Positions 54,710 to 64,000 of a stretch of 64,000 nucleotides of DNA are shown one piece after another. The translations under genes and the position numbers were made by a program. The notes under the pieces are model-generated. The model was given only the letters and a program-made list of their open reading frames with translations, was not told the origin of the DNA and searched no databases. The stretch's first letter is position 1; each line of letters starts with the position of its first letter. Source of the stretch: Sphagnum compactum (lineage: Eukaryota); the NCBI GenBank assembly GCA_965153455.1, contig OZ234493.1, positions 20,202,213-20,266,212 on the forward strand. Direction: 5' to 3'.

Positions 54710-54976
54710 TGTCATGGCCTAGGATATTTTGGGATACTTTTGGCAATGTCATGTCCTAGGATATTTTGGGATACTTTTGGCAATATCATGGCCTAGGATA
54801 TTTTGGGATATTTTTGGCAATATCATGGCCTAGGATATTTTGGGACTAGTATGGCTCAGGGTTATAAAAAGAGATAGTCTGGGGAACAACCCTTCAGCAG
54901 ATCAACACCAGTTGATGGGTCAATAAAGCTTGTCTTGTATTGTAATTCTCCACTTGTTTGTAGTCGGTCCATAATA
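54710..54976 (+). repeat. 5' LTR; U3 made of ~3.7 copies of a 37-bp unit, followed by TATA and AATAAA
   Basis: TRTCATGKCCTAGGATATTTTGGGATAYTTTTGGCAA repeats; TATAAAA at ~54863; AATAAA at ~54922; terminal CA mutated to TA. Confidence 0.93.
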
Positions 54977-55149
54977 GTTTGATCTGTTCCTTCTTATTTG
55001 TTTGTTTTGTTGTTTCAGTAAGTAACTAGAGGTATCTTGGAGTGAAACTTGGAAAGGTTATAGAAGACTATAGGACGCTTCTACTCTCAAAGTTTCAAAA
55101 GAAAAGGATATGTTTTGTGAGAGTTAAGAGCTTTTGAAAACTCTGTGCC

Positions 55150-55768
55150 AGATCTGGTTTTTTGGTCATATCTCCTTTGTTTAAGCTTTTTTGGGTCTGT
55201 AACTTTGTCATCTTATAGATCATATAGGAATATATGTGTGAGAGAAATTTCATGTCATTTGGACTTGTATTGAGAGAGATCCAAACATCTGAAGTTTCAA
55301 GTGTAGATCTGGTTTTTTGATCATATCTCCTTTGTTTAAGCTTTTTTGGGTTTGTAACTTTGTCATCTTATAGATCATATAGGAATATATGTGTGAGAGA
55401 AATTTCATGTCATTTGGACTTGTATTGAGAGAGATCCAAGCATCTCAAGTTTCAAGTGCAGATCTGATTTTTTGGTCATATCTCCTTTGTTTAAGCTTTT
55501 TTGGGTTTGTAACTTTTTGATCTTATAGATCATATAGGAATATATGTGTGAGAGCAATTTCATGTCATTTGGGCTTGTATTGAGAGAGATCCAAGCATCT
55601 CAAGTTTCAAGTGCAGATCTGGTTTTTTGGTCATACTTCCTTTGTTTAAGTTTTTTTTGGGTCTGTAACTTTGTGATCTTATAGATTATATAGGAATATA
55701 TATGTGAGAGAAATTTCATGTCATTTGGACTTGTATTGAGAGAGATCCAAGCATCTGAAGTTTCAAGT
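55150..55768 (+). repeat. 4 x 155-bp tandem array in the retrotransposon 5' UTR
   Basis: AGATCTGRTTTTTTG... begins at 55150, 55305, 55460 and 55615. Confidence 0.92.
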
Positions 55769-55806
55769 TTGAAGATTGAAAGCGCAAAAGTGTGAGAACT
55801 ACCACC

Positions 55807-58800
55807 ATGGACAACTCGGAATCAAACATCGATCTCACTCAAATCTTCGCCGCCCTTTAGCACCTTCAACAAGAAAATGCCGTGCTTAGACACTCGGTGA
55901 CCCGCCTACAGAATCAGCCACCACCTCCTGCCCCAGTACTTCATGCTCTTGCAATGGCCGCCCAAGAGCCCAAGATCAGTCTGCCAGAAAAGTTTGATGG
56001 AACGCACCTCAAATTTCGAAGCTTTGTCAGCCAGGTACGCTTGATCATGCAACTACACCCCCGTCGTTATTTTGATGACACCACTCGTGTAGGATTCGTT
56101 GGAACCCTACTCACTGGGATAGCTGCAGCATGGTTTGCTCCCATCCTGGAAACATCATCCCCTTTTTTACAAGATTTCAACGCCTTTATGGCGGAATTTG
56201 AAGCAGTATTTGGGGACAGTGACAAGGCTAGGACTTCAGCCAACAAGCTGCGTCGCCTCCAGCAAGGGACATGTTCGGCCATCGTCTACGCCTCAGAATT
56301 CAGACAGCTTGCCTGCAACGTCAATTGGGGAGAAGCTGCCTTGATTGATCAGTTTCGCTGTGGGCTTCGTGATGATGTTCAAGATCTTTTGTTGACACTC
56401 GCAGACCCTTCTTCCTTTAGTGAAGCCATCACCCAGGCAATTCGATGCGATAATCATTTGTTCGAACGTCGCCAGGAAAAGAAAGTCACCTCCAACGCCC
56501 AGCTTTGGAACAGTCGGCCTACTACGCTCCCCTTAGTTCCCCAAACAACACCAGTTGCTTGACCTGCCTCTTTTGGACCTACTCCGATGCAGATCGACAC
56601 AGCTAAGTTTAAATCTTTGACAAAAGCCGAGAAACTTCGCCGAAGGACAAACAATCTATGTCTTTACTGTGGCAACCCAGGGCATATAGCTCGTAAGTGC
56701 CCTCAAAAGCTTGTCAAGTACAAGCTGTGAAAACTCCCCAGGAGTTAGAAAACAAGAACATCTAGTCATAGTAGGAGCCGTGCGACTGGATCTCACCCAA
56801 CACCACCTTTGCAAAGGCTCCTGTTCCGCTGTTGGTCCCAGTCCCAGTTTCACTCAGTATGTGGACATCATTCGTATTCCAGAAGACATACCACAAGTGT
56901 CAGCTTTGGTGGACTCCGGCGCCACCTCTTCTTTCATCGACCAAACATTTGTCGTCCAACACAACATCCTTGTGGTCAAGAAGTCAACCCCTGTAGAGGT
57001 TATTAATGGGAGAACCATTGCTTCTGGTGCAATCACACACGAGACAACCCCTCTAGAACTCTGTATCGGCAAGCACACGGAGAAGATTGTTCTCAACATC
57101 ATTTCCACCCCTCACCATCCCATCATCCTTGGTCTGCCTTGGCTAATAGCACACAACCCTATCATTGATTGGCGATCTAGAACCCTCACCTTCAGCGCAC
57201 AACGGTGCACCTCTCAAGAACCCCACGCTCAGAAAAACACTTTGTCCAGTCCTGCCAAGAACTCTGTGGTCGAGAACCCAAAGAGGGTCGGAACCAATTC
57301 CAGTTTTATCAAGTCTGTTATGTCAAGTTCTGCAGTCAAGAACCCCCGGTTGGTCAGAACTAAACCTTGTCCTGTCAAGAATCTTGTCAAGAATCCTGCC
57401 CAGAAAACCAACCCTGTCCAGATCTTCGTTGATAGAGCTGTCCCTTTCTATCGGGCTGCTAAGAATCTTCAAGTCTTCGCCATCCATGTCAACCCAGCCA
57501 ACACCACAAACCCCCAATCAGAACCAACACCTATCAAACTTCCCGAGAAGTACAAGGACTTTGTTGATGTTTTTGAAAAGATTAATGCTGATCAGCTCCC
57601 CGCCCATAGTCCATATGACTGCCCGATTGATCTAGAAAAAGGACACTCACCACCCTTTGGTCCTATCTATGGCCTATCGGAACCGGAACTCCAAGCCCTG
57701 CATGATTACCTTACTGAAAATCTTGCCAAGGGGTTCATTCAGCATTCCAAGTCTCCAGCCGGCGCCCCAATTTTGTTTGTCAAGAAGAAGGATGGCTCCC
57801 TTGGACTTTGTGTGGATTATCGTGGACTCAACAAGATAACCAAAAAGAATCGATATCCCTTGCCCTTGATTTCAGGTCTCCTAGATCGACTACGTACCGG
57901 GAAGATCTTCACCAAGCTTGACCTCCGTTGAGCCTACAACTTACTCAGGATTCGCCCCGGTGATGAATGGAAGACAGCTTTTCGCACACGCTACGGCCAC
58001 TTCGAATACACGGTCATGCCCTTAGGCCTCACCAATGCACCTGTAGTCTTTCAGCATCTGATGAATGATATCTTCCGGGATTACATGGACGAATTTGTCG
58101 TGGTCTATTTGGATGACATTTTAATCTTTTCCAAGGACCAGGAAACCCACAACAAACATGTACGATTGGTGCTTGCGACGCTCCGGGAGCATGGCTTATA
58201 CGCCAAGTTGGAAAAATGTGAATTCGACAAATCTTCAGTGGCGTTCCTCGGCTACGTGATCTCTCCAGATGACATTTTCATGGACAAGTCAAAGGTCGAG
58301 ACCATCCAGTGTTGGGCTACTCCATCCTCGGTCAAGGACGTTCAACGCTTCCTAGGGTTTGCCAACTTCTATCGTCGGTTTATGAAAGGCTATTCCAAGA
58401 TCACAACACCGTTAATAACCCTGACTTGCAAAGACAAGCCCTTCTCGTGGAATCCAACGGCCCAGGCTGCTTTTGATACTCTCAAGATGGCATTCACCTC
58501 TGCACCCATCCTGATACATCCCAATCCTGCCAAGCCATTCATTGTGGAAACGGACGCTTCAGATTTTGCCTTGGGAGCTATTCTATCTCAAATTGGAATA
58601 GATGGGTTGTTGCATCCAGTTGCTTTCTATTCACGGAAGTTAACCAGTGCCGAAATCAACTACTAGGTCTACGATAAGGAACTCCTGGCAATCATCACGG
58701 CATTCGAACAGTGGAGACCGTATCTTGCTGGAGCTCAACATCGAATCCAAGTTCTGACAGATCACAAGAATCTCCTTTATTTCACAACTACTCGGACCTT

Positions 58801-60498
58801 AAATCGTCGCCAGGCACGCTGTCTATCTTCTTAGCTGATTTCGACTTTGAGATTTAGTATCAACCCGGCACCCAGCAAGGGAAAGCTGACGCGCTATCTC
58901 GTCGTTCAGAATATGAACTTCGAGCGGGGGATGAGGCCTACGGCCAGCAGAACCAGACTTTACTCAACCCCAAGCAATTTCGAGTTGTAGCAACAATCAA
59001 CACCCTCCTAGACTCATACCTTGTCAGGGACATCAAGATGGCAACTGAGGAAGACACCTGGGCTACCAACATCAAGAAGGAACTCCACGAACGACCAAGG
59101 AATCCAAATCGTGATGACTTGGATCAGTTTGAGCAGCAAGACGGACTTCTCCTTCGAAATAACCTGATTTATGTACCCGAAGGACCTATACGCCTAAAAA
59201 TCCTAAGAAAATGCCACGTCAACACCCTGGCGGGTCATTTTGGAATGGCACGGACTCACGAACTAGTGTCAAGGACTTACTGGTGGCCCAAAATGAACAA
59301 GATGCTATGGGAGTATGTCAAGTCTTGTGATACATGTGCTCGATCCAAGGCTCCCAGGCATCGCCCGTTTGGACTCCTACAGCCTTTGTCGATTCCTAGC
59401 AGACCTTGGGGATCTATTGCAATGGACTTCATCACGGACCTCCCTACTGTCAGAACCAAGAATTCAATACTGGTTGTGGTCGATCGACTCACCAAAATGG
59501 CCCATTTCACCCCTTGTTCTAAGTTAATCACGGCAGAAGAGACAGCTCAGTTAATTCTGGACGGGATCGTCCGACTGCATGGACTCCCCGAGCAAATTGT
59601 GTCCGATAGAGGTCCTCAGTTTGCATCCAAGTTCTGGCATCGTCTATTCGAGCTTCTTGGAGTTGACATTCGGCTATCTTCAGCTTTCCACCCTGAGACA
59701 GATGGACAAACCGAACGGACAAACCAAACACTTGAGCAATACCTTCGCTACACTGTGAACTACCAACAGGACGACTGGCTGGACCTACTATCTCAAGTAG
59801 AGTTTGCTTATAATAACACAACACATGCATCGACCAGGATAAGTGCATTCTTTGCCAATTATGGTTTTCATCCCAGGTTTAGCCTTGAAATTCCTAGAGA
59901 CTCCGTAAACCCCTCGGCTGAAGAAAGGGCCACAAGGCTTGGACGAGTTCAACAGAACCTTATGGCAGAACTCAAGCTAACACAGGAGTGGCAAAAGAAG
60001 CAAGCAGACCGCCGACGCAAGGACCATCCAAACTTCAAGGTTGGAGACAAGGTCTGGCTTCTCAGAAAGAACATTACTACCACTCGCCCATGTGCCAAGT
60101 TGGATTACAAGCGCCTCGGACCTTTCAAAATCGCCAAATTGGTTGGTCTAGTGGCTTGCCAGTTGGAGCTTCCACCCTAGTTCAAAATCCACAATGTTTT
60201 CCATGTCTCCCTGCTTGAGCCCTATCATGAAAACCCGATCCCAGAACGTCATCAAGAACCCCCAGCTCCAGTTGAAATTGAAGGCCAAGAAGAGTTTGAA
60301 GTTCAAGAGGTCTTGGACTCCAAAAAGATTCGTGGAAAGCTCCTGTACCTTGTCTTTTGGCGAGGTTATCCTCCTTCTGAAGCTACTTGGGAGCCTGCTG
60401 GAAACCTAGTTCATGCCCAAGACTTAGTTAATCGGTTTCACCAACGATATCCTAACAAACCGGCTCCATCTGGAAGATGTTGCTTGAAGAGAGGATAA
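55807..60498 (+). pseudogene. gag-pol polyprotein with chromodomain, inactivated
   Basis: Gag EPKISLPEKFDG and [35 protein letters not shown] and VYLDDILIFS; RH VETDASD; INT H..GH..C..C, IAMDFI, IVSDRG, ETDGQTER, GPF; chromodomain FEVQEVLDS...YLVFWRGY...TWEP. Stops at 55858, 56560, 57929, 58664 and 60178, plus frameshifts. Confidence 0.93.
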
Positions 60499-60765
60499 TG
60501 TCATGGCCTAGGATATTTTGGGATACTTTTGGCAATGTCATGTCTTAGGATATTTTGGGATACTTTTGGCAATATCATGGCCTAGGATATTTTGGGATAT
60601 TTTTGGCAATATCATGGCCTAGGATATTTTGGGACTAGTATGGCCCAGGGTTATAAAAGGAGATAGTCTGGGGAACAACCCTTCAGCAGATCAACACCAG
60701 TTGATGGGTCAATAAAGCTTGTCTTGTATTGTAATTCTCCACTTGTTTGTAATCGGTCCATAACA
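60499..60765 (+). repeat. 3' LTR
   Basis: TG...CA, 267 bp, followed by TSD ATATT. Confidence 0.95.
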
Positions 60766-63700
60766 ATATTTTGCTGACTGGAACTCCGGCTCCAGAACAA
60801 ACCCAGCCGAATGCATATCTGAATGCAAGTATTCCCAGTGCTTGTGCCAAAGCCAGCTGATCTGCTCATACTTGACAGCAGAAAGCTTCACCCCCGGATG
60901 CTGCTCGCTTGTTCCCTCCTTGAACGCCCCTAGCTCCTCGCCAATCAAGAACATGGCATAGTAAACCTTTCCCACAACTGGAACACCCTTATCACACTGG
61001 CGCAAAAGGCAGACTATCGATTCTGAAACAGCCAACAACTCCTTCACACCCTTCCAGAACGCAGCGAAAGTCAGGATGTCGTGCACCTCCTCTCCCTCCA
61101 TCTCATGCGACGACTTCTGGTTCCACTCCCCCCAAGCGTCGCTGACCACAAGCTGCTGCAGTGATGCCTTCACCTCATGCATGCGCTGTAGCATGATGAA
61201 GTTGGTGGCAAATTTGGTTTCCCCTAGTTTCAAGAGCTCTAGCTTGGACAGGCTCCTAAAGAGAGCTAGACTCTTATGATGGTTTGTGATGAACTTCAGC
61301 GCTGTTCTTGCCTCGGCTATGACGGAGGACACCCAATCTAGCTTGCCCATGTCCTCGAGCAACAAATCTAGGCAGTGCGGGGTGCAAGGAGTAAATGTGA
61401 TATGGGGAAAGCGGGCTTCTAGCTTGTGACCTGCAGCCTTGCAAACTGCTGCATTGTCCATGCACACCTGGACCACAATCTCTGCCCCCGCATCCTCGAT
61501 TGCCTTGCCAACAACCTGCGCAATGAAGTCTGCATCCTTGGTATCCCCACTTGTGTCTACACTCTCAAGAAACTTCTCGCCCTTGGGTGTGACCATCAGA
61601 AGATTGAGAAGAGGCCTATTCCGAGTGTCTGACCACCCATTGCTGGTTATGGTTGCCTTGCTGCTCTGCGCTGACGCCATAAATGACTTGAGGTCTGCTG
61701 CCACTGATACCTTTTCCTTGTCTAGCAGGGTGGTACGAAGAGATACAAGACTTGGCAACTTGTAGTTCTCGCCAAAATCAGCGGTAGCTTCAAAGGCTGC
61801 CTTGAAATGAGGGTTATTGATCAGGCGAAAAGAAAGACCATTGCCATAAAAGGCACGACCCCACAGAGCATCTACTTTAGACTTATCTTGCTTTCCAAAG
61901 GCAACTTTGAGAGTGCTCTGCTTTTTGGTGGGGCCTTGCGGGAGAGCAGCTGCAGCCTCATCCAGATCTTGCACCTTCCGTTTTTGCGTTTCTTGTTCTC
62001 TTTTCGCCTGATCAATATCCTGAAGCTGCTTTTTGAGGGCTTGGGGGCATTTGGTGCACTTCTTGACTCCACAAGCCACCTGACCCAAGAAGTGGCCCCG
62101 GATTCTTGTGGCACCCCCCCAAAACACGAGCTCACAGTGCCCACACTTGACTTGAAAGTTCCCCCCCGCTTTCTCAGGTTCCTGGAGGATGGTGACCTCG
62201 GTCCACTCGGGTCCTTTCTCCTTCCCCATTCCAAAGGTCGCCTTGCTCGATTGTAGCATGAAAGAAAGTTGAAGTTATTACTTAGTATCAGATCCAGACT
62301 TGCAAGTTGCAACAGTCTGATTCCGAATGCTGTCAGTGTCATGGCTGAGCCATCCGAGTCATGGCCAATCAAAAGATTTATCCGCGAAACCTTTTGATCC
62401 TAGACCGTCCATATTTGGCGCGGTTCCGAAATGAGCACCGTGAATATCAGGCGTCGATAGGTGATCTTGTTGCTGCAGAAATCGTCGATTTTGACGGCGA
62501 AAATGTAACTAGGTTGTTAACTACTGTAGAGTCTAGCAGACTGCAGTTTTTGCGGCCCGGTAATGGTTCTTTGCATAACCTTTACCACTCTGCGTATTTT
62601 GGGCCGTATTTTTAAAAAAGCCCAAAAAAACGTATAATACACGTATGTTTGAATCGAATTGAGCGTATGTCACTACTATGAAAAAAACCTTGGAGTGCTT
62701 TACATATAAGAGAGGGCCTGCTCCCAAGGGCCTCCCCTAATTTGAGTGTTGTAACCTCCAGGGTGATAGCTGTGGGTGTAGGCCCCAAAAATTAGGAGAG
62801 GCCTGCAGGAGCACACCTGCCCCGCCAAAAAGAATGAATGGCGAAAGCTCTGCATGTGATGAGTGGGGGGGGGGGGGGAGGTGCTCAGCACTCTGTCCCA
62901 AGGGGATACACAGCAGTTTTCCGGGCAGGGCAGCAGGAAATCAGCCTCATTATCACCCAGCCAGGTAGTTGACAGTCTGTGCTCCCACCGGACCGTGTGG
63001 TTCGTAGTGAGGCTGCCCTGCCCGATGAACTGCCCAAGGGGAGGTTCACATACAAAGAAGAAAACCTGGACCCGCGTTACAGAATTTATGGAATTCCTTA
63101 GGGCCACAAAAACACTAGATACCTATACAACAAGGAATTTTGGATACAAGGAATCCAGGCAAAGTCCCTTTTTTGAAACAGGCAAAGTGGTGGATCTCCA
63201 CGTTTCAAAAAAGGCGAATTTGACGGAGGGCTGGCAGCCCTCCATTTTGAAACACTGCACTTTACGTCAATATTGAGTGCCACGTCCCTTACAAAAATTC
63301 GCTTTTGTTGTTGAATTGAGTTGCTTTTTTCCTGTTGCTTTTGGGTACGTTCTCTGCATTATATATCCACCAATCAGCATTGAGTTCTTTGCATTCCATT
63401 TGTCATCATTTGAAGAAGGAAGCGTTTGGACGCCATCCGATGGCCCCAGATTGGGCCACGTATTTCAAAGCGACGGTGATGTATGCTAGATTCTCTTAAA
63501 GGGCTCAAGCCTTTCCACGCTTCTCCTAATCATCCCCACCAGTCACGACTAACCCATCCACTCAAAGGGGTGGTCCAGAAATGTGAACTTTTACCCTTTA
63601 ACCTCTAGAGGGTCTGGCCACTGGGAGTCCACTATTTATTCTCTTTAGTATTGGGTAACAACCAATGGGGTTCATTGCTTGCTTGTGGATCCAACCATCT

Positions 63701-64000
63701 AAATCCTCATTGTTTTTCAACCTCCAACAACTCTTGTCAAAGGCCCCCAAATTGTCACTCACAAGAGATTCAAGCCCTTCACCATGACCCCTTCTTAGGG
63801 TCAAATTGCTCAAGATTTCCACTGCATCTGACCCACACATCAAACATTGTGAGGTCTAGCAAATGGTTTACAAAGTTCTGAACGATGTGGCAAAACCTCT
63901 CCCAAATGACCATTGCCTGATCGAGAATGATCCAGAAGAAGAATTCGGTCACTGACCAGCAATCGTCGATGGGCGATTCCACCCTACCTAGGGATCCGAT

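Larger units (their letters stand above)
54710..60765 (+). mobile_element. Full-length Ty3/gypsy chromovirus (Tcn1/Sushi-like) LTR retrotransposon
   Basis: 267-bp LTRs (54710-54976, 60499-60765) differing at 5 positions; TSD ATATT; PPT GAAGAGAGGA before the 3' LTR; domain order gag-PR-RT-RH-INT-chromodomain. Confidence 0.96.
54258..62229 (-). pseudogene. hAT transposase (BED finger, DUF659, hATC dimerisation domain), disrupted
   Basis: BED finger VKCGHC...RIRGHF; TSNGWSD; VCMDNA; CTPHCLDL; C-terminal SAASACERNWNTYDFIHSKKRNRL. Split at ...SAKY|GQDQ... by the 54710-60765 insertion, with an extra in-frame stop at 54507-54509. Confidence 0.92.
53736..62680 (-). mobile_element. hAT DNA transposon, interrupted by an LTR retrotransposon
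   Basis: Perfect 17-bp TIRs CATAGTAGTGACATACG / CGTATGTCACTACTATG; perfect 8-bp TSD AAAAAAAC (53728-53735, 62681-62688); internal transposase. Confidence 0.95.

Noticed and set aside
53801..55768. Regular 84-, 37- and 155-bp repeats as a CRISPR-like array
   Set aside because: Contiguous tandem units with no unique spacers, inside eukaryotic transposons, and no cas genes.

Overview
Eukaryotic land-plant genomic DNA with GT-AG introns. A flagellate-sperm lineage is likely because a TEDC1-like centriole gene is present; the repeat style suggests a moss such as Sphagnum, but that is inference only. Five protein-coding genes can be reconstructed: a selenoprotein-H-like AT-hook/Rdx protein whose CxxC/U motif reads CxxD (3039-6265, +), proline dehydrogenase (21539-24146, -), a TEDC1-like protein (36015-38999, +), the PHR2 photolyase-like protein (41346-44247, -) and a SEP2/LHC-like protein (50900-51784, -). 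The rest is mostly transposon-derived: an AT-rich decayed region with MITEs (~6.9-20.4 kb); two oppositely oriented remnants of one Ty3/gypsy family, with a solo LTR inserted at the RT active-site motif; a non-autonomous Helitron; and a hAT transposon (perfect 17-bp TIRs, 8-bp TSD) interrupted by a full-length chromovirus (267-bp LTRs, 5-bp TSD). The chromovirus appears to be self-priming and carries a 4x155-bp array. I see no new multi-gene system. The best leads are the CxxD SelH variant, the self-priming chromovirus, and the ProDH active-site Tyr-to-Phe changes. All calls come from reading the sequence and recalling motifs; no searches were run.
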